NCBI GenBank assembly: GCA_020346225.1
Contig: CP070777.1
Span: 303,976-367,975, forward strand
DNA: 64,000 nucleotides
From: Candidatus Zixiibacteriota bacterium
Lineage (GTDB): Bacteria; Zixibacteria; MSB-5A5; GN15; FEB-12
Reading direction: 5' to 3'
Part shown: piece by piece, positions 9,020-16,668 of the stretch
How the letters are laid out: every line of letters begins with the position of its first letter
Numbering within the stretch: position 1 is the first letter of the stretch
Made by a program: the position numbers and the translations under genes
Notes under the pieces: model-generated
What the model was told of the DNA's origin: nothing
The model's database searches: none
What the model saw: only the letters and a program-made list of their open reading frames with translations

Positions 9020-10075
9020 ATGGCAAAGAAGATAAAGCCCGAAGACCTTACCTGCCCGCTTCCCATCACCGAGCATGACACCATTCAGCTGGCGCACGGC
9101 AGCGGCGGCAAAATGATGACCGACCTGATCAGCAGACTGTTCGTATGGGCTTTCGATAACCCGGCTCTGAACAAACAGGATGACCAGGCTGTGGTCGAAA
9201 TTGGCAAACAAAGGCTGTCTTTTACCACTGATTCATTCGTAGTTGACCCCATATTCTTTCCCGGCGGCGACATCGGCGAACTGGCCGTGTACGGCACGGT
9301 CAATGATATCTGCATGAACGGAGCCAGACCGCTGTACCTGTCGGTCGGGATGATTATCGAGGAAGGCATGCCGCTGGCGGACCTCGAGAAGATAGTCGTT
9401 TCGATGAAGCGGGCTGCCGAAGAAGCGGGGGTTGTGATAGTCACCGGCGATACCAAGGTCGTCAACAAGGGCAAAGGGGATAAGCTTTTCATCAATACCG
9501 CCGGGATAGGCATTCTGGAGCACGATTATACGATATCAGCCGACCAACTCAGACCCGGTGACAAAATACTCCTCAGCGGCACTATCGGCGACCACGGCAT
9601 AGCGGTACTGTCCAAGCGTGAGGGCCTTTCGTTCGAAACGCCCGTTGAAAGCGATACCTGCCCGCTCAATTCGCTCGTTGCGCAGATTCTCAAGGCGGGT
9701 CATGTCCACGCCATGCGTGACCCCACCCGCGGGGGCGTGGCCGCCACTCTAAACGAGTTCGCTCATGCTTCGGATGTCGGTATTCATATCCGCGAGGACC
9801 ATATCCCCGTCAAGCCGGCGGTGTCAGGGGCCTGCGAGGTTTTGGGTCTTGACCTCCTCTATGTTGCCAACGAAGGGAAGCTGATTGCTGCAGTTCCGCC
9901 GGATAAGGCTGAGGCTGTGCTTAGGGCAATGAAATCGCATCCCTTGGGCCAGGATGCCGCGATGATCGGCGAGGTCACGTCCGAGCAGCCGGGGATGGTG
10001 TCGATGACCACGAGAATCGGCGGCCGGCGCATCGTCGATATGCCGGTCGCCGAACAACTGCCGAGAATTTGTTAG
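9020..10075 (+). CDS. hypE: Hydrogenase maturation protein HypE
   Basis: PurM/AIR-synthase-like repeats. Conserved C-terminal PRIC. Confidence 0.92.
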   Translation: MAKKIKPEDLTCPLPITEHDTIQLAHGSGGKMMTDLISRLFVWAFDNPALNKQDDQAVVEIGKQRLSFTTDSFVVDPIFFPGGDIGELAVYGTVNDICMNGARPLYLSVGMIIEEGMPLADLEKIVVSMKRAAEEAGVVIVTGDTKVVNKGKGDKLFINTAGIGILEHDYTISADQLRPGDKILLSGTIGDHGIAVLSKREGLSFETPVESDTCPLNSLVAQILKAGHVHAMRDPTRGGVAATLNEFAHASDVGIHIREDHIPVKPAVSGACEVLGLDLLYVANEGKLIAAVPPDKAEAVLRAMKSHPLGQDAAMIGEVTSEQPGMVSMTTRIGGRRIVDMPVAEQLPRIC

Positions 10076-10078
10076 CCC

Positions 10079-12967
10079 TTACCAGGCCGCCGCGGAAATC
10101 TCATCGGCCCTGATTACATACACATCCCATCCGCCGCTTCCGTAAGATTGCGTGCCGCCGGCGATGGCGAAACTGTTATCCGAGGTCAGAGCGACCGAAT
10201 AACCGATGTCGGCTTCGGCCCCGCCCATAAGGTAGTACCAGAGCAGATAGCCGTAGCTGTCGGTCTTGACCACGTATACATCGGACGGTTCGGTGTCGCC
10301 GCTGTGGGAAAAGCCTGTCATCAAGAACCCATCATCCGACGCCGGGGCCAGTGAGTTGGCCTCATCCAGCCACGGCCCGCCCAGATCTGTCCGCTGCCAC
10401 ACCTGGCTGCCACCGCCGTCGGTTTTGATCAGGAAGGCATCCTCCGGAGTGCTCCCGGCCATCACCAGCGAACCGTCCTCCAGCGCCACGAGCGAATAGG
10501 CGCAGTCATCGCCGGTGGTGAGAGCAAACACCTCATCCCAGACGAGAGTGCCGCTACCGTCGACCTTGACCAGCCAGACATCCCTGGCAACAGCTCCAAA
10601 CGACCTTGTATAACCGGCGAGGGCGTACCCGCCGTCGGTAGTCTTCACCACGGTGTAAGCCCGGTCGGAACCGCTCCCGCCGTATGTCCGGGTCCACAGC
10701 GTGTCCCCGTTTTCATCGGTCTTGATGAGATAGAAATCGCATATGCCGCCGCTCCAGGAGCGCGCCCTTCCGCCAATGATATACCCGCCATCGGCAGTCT
10801 GAAGAACGCTCCTGCCGCGGTCGTCGAGGCTCCCGCCGAAGGTTTTCTCCCAGGTCAGGGTCCCGTTGGCGTCGGTTTTAACCAGATAAACGTCGCCTTC
10901 ACCTTCGCCTGACGAGAACGTGTAACCGACCACGGCAAAGCCGCCATCCTCGGTGGCTATGACCGAGTGCCCGCAGTCATCGGCCGCTCCGCCGAACGTC
11001 TCTTCCCACACGACGCTCCCGGATGCGTTGAGCTTGGCAAGGTATACGTCGCTGCCGCCCGCGCCGGAGGACTCGGTTGAACCGGCAATGACCAGCCCGC
11101 CATCACCGGTCGGGACTACTGAATATCCAATATCGTCGCTGGCCCCGCCCGCGTCGTATTCGGCGGTCACGAGCGTAACCGGGAAACAGTTGCCTTCGGC
11201 TATCATGGTTTCGTCACGGAACACTTCGGCCGAATAATCGGCTACGTTTACGTCGTATACACCGCCGGTAATGTCGACCGCACCGGCCACGCTGGAATAA
11301 AGGCTCCAGGAGCAGGACGGTTCAGACGCGACCTGGCCGTGGAGCTGAAGATTGCGCTCAGCCTCCAACCTTGCCGCTGAATATGAATAAGGTGTGAACT
11401 CTATGATCGGCTTGATTATGACCCTGGCCCGCATGTCGCCGAATTCGGCCCATGCTGACGGGCGGGGAACATCGTCGCCGGTGTGACCACCCTCCGGCGC
11501 CCAGCTGTTGTCCTGGTATTGGCAGCCGATCCATATGTTGCTGGAGCTCTCCGCGCCGAAGGCGACCTCGCCGCTTACCTCGGATTCCAGTTCCACCGTC
11601 GCCACGAATCTGAGGCTGGCTTCTAACCACACTGGAAACCAGTCCAGAAGCTGAATCCCGACCCCTGAGAAGCTCGCCAGCTCCAGCGGCGGCGTTTGCT
11701 GAAGAGTCACGGGCCCGTCGGTTTCCACGGTGAAATCACAGTTGACCGACAGGTCCCCTGTGGTCCGAGCCACAAACTCCGTCAGGCTGCCGCCGTCGAA
11801 AACTGCATTGCTTAGAACGTGCGGCTCGAATGTCATCTCACCCTGCGGAATCGACGCCGACACGGTCGCGGAGCCGAGCGTCCCTGAGTATAGGCTCACA
11901 TCCTCGAATCTTATTCGGCCCTCCTCGATATATACGCCATCCGGGACGTTCACCGTCGTCGTGGTTGATTTGTCGGCGCCAAACGGCATAATGAGAAACG
12001 TCAGTGATGTATGGCAGGTGCCGGTGGTGATGGCCTCGACGAGTGAGGCTGGTCCCGTCTCGACCGAGACCTGGCCGGCGGAGTATGTCGATGAAACGAC
12101 TTTCCTCAGGTAACCTGACGGCTCGGTGCCAACCACTATCCTGCCGGGTTCCAACATTGGCTGGCGCCCGCTGAAACTGAAGGTGTAAGTGGAACCGGTG
12201 GCGCCTATTAATGAGACACCCTCCAGCTCGTCAATCACAATCACGCCCTCGCCAAGGAGTACCCCTGTCTCGGTGACCGCCGGGCCTATCGCATAGGAGC
12301 CAGCAGGTTCGCTCAGAACGCTGTCACGGTAATCCTCAAACCGGAAATAATACTGATGCTGACCGTTGCCCAATGCTGTCTCGTAGCGATAAAGGCTTCC
12401 TGTCAGGGGTTCTCCCGATACGTGGGTCATGGCATGGGCCTCGCCGTTGACGAAAACCTCTGCCTTGGCCGGTTGATTTCCGGTCGGATCACGGAACGTC
12501 ACCTCGTATGTAAAGGTCTCGCCGTCATTGCCGCTTCCCGGAGTCACCTTGCCGGCGTTCAGAAAAGCCGTGTGGACGGTGACAAGGGCCAGCGTGTCCT
12601 CCGCCGAGGCCCGTCCGTCCGACACCACCACCACGATACTGACGGTGGCGCTGGTGTCCGGCGCCATCCATTCCACGCAGCTGGAATCATCGATGTTGAA
12701 CGAGCCGACGTTGGCCGACCACGTGGACGTAAGCGGGTCGTTGTCGGCGTCAGTCGCCGTGCACGTCAGAGTCAGCGGCTGCCCGGCCGGAATACGGCTG
12801 TACAGCTCCGGGGGCAAGACATAAGACCCCTGTTTAACTTCTATCCCTGAAATGACAGGCGGGTTATTGGGCGCGACCGGGTTGTCATCCTTGCCGCAGC
12901 TAAGAATCAGCGCTGCGACAGACAGGCAGATTGCCGCCGTAATCAGCCGATGATGCCGAAACTTCAT
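10079..12967 (-). CDS. 962-aa surface lipoprotein: Ig/PKD-like N-terminal domains, unknown central region, C-terminal seven-repeat beta-propeller
   Basis: Signal peptide with lipobox (ALILSC). DADNDPL Ig/PKD-like segment. Seven ~50-aa repeats W..(T)(F/Y)GG...D.G.SV..T.DGG....G.T.S.G.G..D(V/F)(Y/W)L(V/I)K(T/V)D..G... in the last ~360 aa. SD GGGAGG before the ATG. Confidence 0.8.
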   Translation of the reverse strand: MKFRHHRLITAAICLSVAALILSCGKDDNPVAPNNPPVISGIEVKQGSYVLPPELYSRIPAGQPLTLTCTATDADNDPLTSTWSANVGSFNIDDSSCVEWMAPDTSATVSIVVVVSDGRASAEDTLALVTVHTAFLNAGKVTPGSGNDGETFTYEVTFRDPTGNQPAKAEVFVNGEAHAMTHVSGEPLTGSLYRYETALGNGQHQYYFRFEDYRDSVLSEPAGSYAIGPAVTETGVLLGEGVIVIDELEGVSLIGATGSTYTFSFSGRQPMLEPGRIVVGTEPSGYLRKVVSSTYSAGQVSVETGPASLVEAITTGTCHTSLTFLIMPFGADKSTTTTVNVPDGVYIEEGRIRFEDVSLYSGTLGSATVSASIPQGEMTFEPHVLSNAVFDGGSLTEFVARTTGDLSVNCDFTVETDGPVTLQQTPPLELASFSGVGIQLLDWFPVWLEASLRFVATVELESEVSGEVAFGAESSSNIWIGCQYQDNSWAPEGGHTGDDVPRPSAWAEFGDMRARVIIKPIIEFTPYSYSAARLEAERNLQLHGQVASEPSCSWSLYSSVAGAVDITGGVYDVNVADYSAEVFRDETMIAEGNCFPVTLVTAEYDAGGASDDIGYSVVPTGDGGLVIAGSTESSGAGGSDVYLAKLNASGSVVWEETFGGAADDCGHSVIATEDGGFAVVGYTFSSGEGEGDVYLVKTDANGTLTWEKTFGGSLDDRGRSVLQTADGGYIIGGRARSWSGGICDFYLIKTDENGDTLWTRTYGGSGSDRAYTVVKTTDGGYALAGYTRSFGAVARDVWLVKVDGSGTLVWDEVFALTTGDDCAYSLVALEDGSLVMAGSTPEDAFLIKTDGGGSQVWQRTDLGGPWLDEANSLAPASDDGFLMTGFSHSGDTEPSDVYVVKTDSYGYLLWYYLMGGAEADIGYSVALTSDNSFAIAGGTQSYGSGGWDVYVIRADEISAAAW

Positions 12968-13132
12968 AAGACCTCCCTGAGATGTAAAGCGTACGTTTGA
13001 TTACTCCCTTGAACCCGAATGTGCTGCGCTGCAAATAAGAGACGAGCACGGTCATGTTTTGTCAAAAGGCTTCTGTAGGCCAGGCGCGAGTCAAACAACA
13101 GTATTCCCGACAGCGAAGAGCGCGTATAGCCG

Positions 13133-14350
13133 CTATTCCTGCTGCACCCCGCTGTCGTCCGTTTTGATCAGCCAGACGTCCTTCATATAGCTGGTGCCAT
13201 AGGAACCGATAGCGCCGGTGATTACATAGCCGCCGTCGGGGGCACATGCGATGTCATTGCCGTAGTCCGACATGCTTCCGCCGTATGTCTGTTGCCACTG
13301 CATGTTTCCACCGGCATCAGTCTTAATCAGAAAGGCATCCGGGGCCTCTTCTCCCGGAATGGTTGTATAGCCGGTTATAGCATAGCCGCCATCGGGGCAG
13401 CAGACAACGGACTCGCCGACATTGTTCTCTTCGTCGCCATAAACCTGTCGCCAGACGACATAACCGTCGGCGTCGAACCTGGTCAGGCATATGTCATACC
13501 CGTAACCCGTGGAGCCGCCGCAAAGACCTGCGACGACGAATCCGTCATCAGAGGTACACTTGATCGAAACGCCGAAATCACGATCGGTGTCGCTCATCCT
13601 TTCCCACAGAAGATTCCCCTCGTGGTCGGTTTTCAGCGTAAGCAGGCACAGCCTGTCATCGCTCCACACGTGAGCGGTGCCCGTGATGATAAACCCACCA
13701 TCGGGCGCAACGGTTACATCGTGGCATGTATAGGAGGCGCTGTCACCTCCCCTATAAAATTCCCACCACGGAACGTCACCCGAGAGGTCCATCCCGATGA
13801 GACTGGCTTTGTAGCCAACGGTGTCATCGTAGCAACTTCCTCCGATCACCAGCCCGTCCTCCCCGGTTAACACCACCGTATAATGGCTGCCCCAGCCGCT
13901 TTCAAACAGTCTCTTCCACACAGTTTTCCCGGATGCATCGGTTCTGATCACCCAGATGTACGGCACCGGCTGGTCGTCAACCGACTTCGATTTACCCGCA
14001 ATCACGAACCCGCCGTCGGATGTCTGAATCAGCGTGTGTCCCTCATCGCCCGCCGCTCCGCCGAAGGTACGCTGCCACTCGAGGTTGCCGGCGGCGTCAA
14101 TCTTCAGCAGATAAACATCGCTGTCCCCCGCGCCGAATGAGCTGGTTGCCCCGACCACGGCATAGCCGCCGTCATCTGTGGTGATTACGGATTCGCCCGT
14201 ATCGTCCTCGGCCCCGCCGTAGATCCATCTGGCATCGTACACCGGCTGGAAACTAACCGGACTTTTGCGCTCGTTGTAGCATCCGGCCACCCACAATAAT
14301 ATTAGGACGGTCACGCCCCCCAGAACTCTGAAGTAAAGCTTAGAATTCAA
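13133..14350 (-). CDS. 405-aa lipoprotein made almost entirely of the same seven-repeat beta-propeller unit
   Basis: Lipobox LWVAGC. Seven tandem repeats of the motif seen in 10079..12967 (for example WQRTFGGAAGDEGHTLIQTSDGGFVIAG, DVWLIKTDDSG). Confidence 0.8.
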   Translation of the reverse strand: MNSKLYFRVLGGVTVLILLWVAGCYNERKSPVSFQPVYDARWIYGGAEDDTGESVITTDDGGYAVVGATSSFGAGDSDVYLLKIDAAGNLEWQRTFGGAAGDEGHTLIQTSDGGFVIAGKSKSVDDQPVPYIWVIRTDASGKTVWKRLFESGWGSHYTVVLTGEDGLVIGGSCYDDTVGYKASLIGMDLSGDVPWWEFYRGGDSASYTCHDVTVAPDGGFIITGTAHVWSDDRLCLLTLKTDHEGNLLWERMSDTDRDFGVSIKCTSDDGFVVAGLCGGSTGYGYDICLTRFDADGYVVWRQVYGDEENNVGESVVCCPDGGYAITGYTTIPGEEAPDAFLIKTDAGGNMQWQQTYGGSMSDYGNDIACAPDGGYVITGAIGSYGTSYMKDVWLIKTDDSGVQQE

Positions 14351-14423
14351 TATCTCCTCCTCAACTGCGGAAACTGCCTTATAAAGCTGAATCGGCGCGT
14401 CGGCTCAAGGTGCTGCCCTGTAA

Positions 14424-14452
14424 AATGTAGCCACAAAACGACTTTCTGTCAA
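14424..14452 (-). promoter_or_regulatory. Sigma70-type promoter for the 405-aa lipoprotein gene
   Basis: On the minus strand, TTGACA (14452-14447), 17-nt spacer, TACATT (14429-14424). About 70 nt upstream of the ATG at 14350. Confidence 0.45.
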
Positions 14453-14572
14453 AGACTTTCGGCTGGAGTGTCCTCGGCAACCGTCCCACAAGGGCATTCC
14501 TCTATTAATGGTGCACAAGCCCACGGAAACCGGCGGCGGGTGATTTTTTTTCGCAGATTGCTAAAAAAAGTT

Positions 14573-14601
14573 TTGACAGAGCCGAAATGATGGCTTATAG
14601 T
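14573..14601 (+). promoter_or_regulatory. Near-consensus sigma70-type promoter
   Basis: TTGACA (14573-14578), 17-nt spacer, TATAGT (14596-14601). Confidence 0.55.
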
Positions 14602-14607
14602 TGAAAC

Positions 14608-14811
14608 AACCTCTAACCGCGTGCGTAGAGTAAGTTTGTGATTTACTAAGCTCAACAGGAAAGTTATCAGCTGTATGAATAAGGCTATCAATACAATTCA
14701 GGTAGTCCCTCTTATGGGAACATGCGGCGGAGGTAGTGCATCTCGATTATGACGCCACTGGCATATAAAGACTTTACCCGCCGCAACTGAAAGGTTCGGC
14801 GGGTTTTTTTT
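14608..14811 (+). promoter_or_regulatory. ~200-nt structured leader or small RNA with alternative pairings (attenuator-like) upstream of the ABC exporter
   Basis: Lies between the promoter and an intrinsic terminator and is AT-rich relative to its flanks. Seg1 14609-14625 pairs with seg2 14721-14737. TGCGGCGG 14723-14730 can instead pair with CCGCCGCA 14778-14785, the terminator left arm. Confidence 0.5.
14777..14811 (+). terminator. Intrinsic terminator
   Basis: CCCGCCG (14777-14783) pairs with CGGCGGG (14797-14803). Inner AAC/GTT extension. Followed by eight T (14804-14811). Confidence 0.7.
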
Positions 14812-14871
14812 GGTAGCGTCCTGTCCGGACCTGCGGCAAAGAATGTAAACCGTTAAGGCAAGGACAAGAAA

Positions 14872-16668
14872 ATGTCGGCAGACTTATTTGAACACGAACA
14901 GATAAACGAACAGGAAAAGCAGATCGGTTCACGCAAGGCATTCGCCCGGCTTCTGCCGCTTTTGAAAAGCCATGTTCGCGGCCTGCTGTTGTGCCTGTTT
15001 CTGCTGGCCGGCGCTACCGTTCTGTCACTGTACTGGCCGCTGCTTCTCAAGCGGGCTCTCGATGTAAACATAGCCAGCGGCGATGTGCGCGGTCTGTTGA
15101 CCACGGTGGCGGCCATCGGCCTCATTCAGGTGGTAACGATAGTGCTCCAGTACCTGATGCGCGTCAGGCTAGAAATCATTGGTCAGGACGTCATGCTCTC
15201 CCTGAAGCGCCGGCTGTTCCACCATATCCTGTCGCTGGACATTTCGTACTTTGACAAGAACCCGGTGGGACGCCTGATGGCGCGGGTAGAGTCCGACACC
15301 GAAGCCCTCCGCATGCTTTTCACCAATACGGCCGTTATGCTTGTGGGTGACGCTATCCTGGTGGCCGGCATCTACGGCGTCCTCTTTTATACCGAGTGGC
15401 GCCTGGCTCTGCCTTTGTTCTTCGGAGTACCGCTGATCGGCTTCATGGTCTGGGTCTTCCATAAGAAAACCACGCCGAGGTTTCTGGAAGTGCGCAAGAA
15501 AATGGCCGAAGTGACGGCGACCCTGACGGAGCTTCTGCATGGCATGTCCATTATCCAGATATTCCACCGGGGCGCCTATGCCCGGTACAAGGCGTTCAAG
15601 GCTAACCAGGCCAAGTTCAACGACGACGCTTACGTGAATATCAGCGTGGTGCTGTTTTTCAACGCCGTCTTCTTTCTCGAATATGTCAAGATCGGCCTGG
15701 TTCTGGTGGTCGGCCCCATTCTGGGCATTACTTACGGTGCGATTCTGATGTTCATAATATACATCTGGCGCTCTTTCGAGCCGATCTGGCGAACATCGGA
15801 GCAGCTCTCGACGCTCCAGAAAGCGGTGGCCGGCTCCAAGCGGATTTTCGCGCTGATGTCGCAGAAATCCCGGCTCCCGCAGCCGGCTCAGCCGCGTCGC
15901 TGGGACAGGCTCGAGAAGGGTATCCGCTTCGAGAATGTCTCGTTCTCGTACACCGGCGACGGCAACTATGCTCTGAAGGACGCTACCTTTGAGGTTCCCG
16001 TGGGCAAACGGGTCGCCCTGGTCGGCGTGACGGGCGGCGGCAAGACGACCGTGATATCACTGCTGCTTCGGCTCTATGACCCGCAGAAGGGGAAAATCAC
16101 GGTCGACGGCCTCGATATCCGCGACCTGGCCAGCGACCGGCTGCGTTCGCGGCTGGCCCTGGTGCTGCAGGATATAGTCCTGTTCCCGGGCGATGTCGAA
16201 TCGAACATCTCCTTGGAATCCGACGCCATCTCGCGGGAGGCCGTCATCCGGGCGGCGCAGACGGTGGAAGCCGACCGCTTTATCCGGCGGCTGTCTGGCG
16301 GTTACGGCACCGAGGTGTCCGAAAAAGGCGCTAATTTCAGCCGGGGGGAGAGGCAGCTTTTGTCGTTTGCCCGTGCCCTGGCCTACGACCCGGATGTGCT
16401 CATTCTCGACGAGGCCACCAGCTCGGTCGACCCCGAAACGGAGCGAACCATTCAGAACTCGCTCAAAAGGCTGATGGAGGGTCGCACCTCGCTGGTGATC
16501 GCGCACCGTCTTTCGACGATTCTCGATGCCGACCAGATCCTGGTGATCAGGCGGGGCGAGATTATCGAACGAGGTACGCATACCGAGTTGATCATGCAGG
16601 ATGGCTATTACTCGAAACTGTTCCACCTGCAGTTCAAGAATGCTAACGGAGTGACAACAAATGCTTGA
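14872..16668 (+). CDS. ABC exporter, fused permease/ATPase subunit 1 (catalytic Glu present, non-canonical signature)
   Basis: Six-TM type I exporter N-terminal half. Walker A GVTGGGKT. Signature FSRGERQ instead of LSGGQ. Walker B LILDEATS. H-loop AHRLS. Confidence 0.92.
   Translation: MSADLFEHEQINEQEKQIGSRKAFARLLPLLKSHVRGLLLCLFLLAGATVLSLYWPLLLKRALDVNIASGDVRGLLTTVAAIGLIQVVTIVLQYLMRVRLEIIGQDVMLSLKRRLFHHILSLDISYFDKNPVGRLMARVESDTEALRMLFTNTAVMLVGDAILVAGIYGVLFYTEWRLALPLFFGVPLIGFMVWVFHKKTTPRFLEVRKKMAEVTATLTELLHGMSIIQIFHRGAYARYKAFKANQAKFNDDAYVNISVVLFFNAVFFLEYVKIGLVLVVGPILGITYGAILMFIIYIWRSFEPIWRTSEQLSTLQKAVAGSKRIFALMSQKSRLPQPAQPRRWDRLEKGIRFENVSFSYTGDGNYALKDATFEVPVGKRVALVGVTGGGKTTVISLLLRLYDPQKGKITVDGLDIRDLASDRLRSRLALVLQDIVLFPGDVESNISLESDAISREAVIRAAQTVEADRFIRRLSGGYGTEVSEKGANFSRGERQLLSFARALAYDPDVLILDEATSSVDPETERTIQNSLKRLMEGRTSLVIAHRLSTILDADQILVIRRGEIIERGTHTELIMQDGYYSKLFHLQFKNANGVTTNA

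Noticed and set aside
13060-13065. TTGACA (minus strand) upstream of the 962-aa lipoprotein gene as a promoter
   Set aside because: No acceptable -10 hexamer lies at 16-18-nt spacing; the best is TCTCTT. Only the -35 box matches.
14449-14691. 80-aa minus-strand ORF in the divergent promoter region
   Set aside because: It overlaps both predicted promoters and the leader. The region is AT-rich and non-coding in character, and the ORF has no SD.
14675-14752. The idea that the 25-aa leader ORF is a RiPP or bacteriocin precursor exported by the adjacent ABC pair
   Set aside because: The ABC proteins lack an N-terminal C39 peptidase domain, and no modification enzyme is nearby. The putative core after the Gly run would be only ~5 residues, and the SD is poor. 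An attenuator role fits the RNA pairings better.
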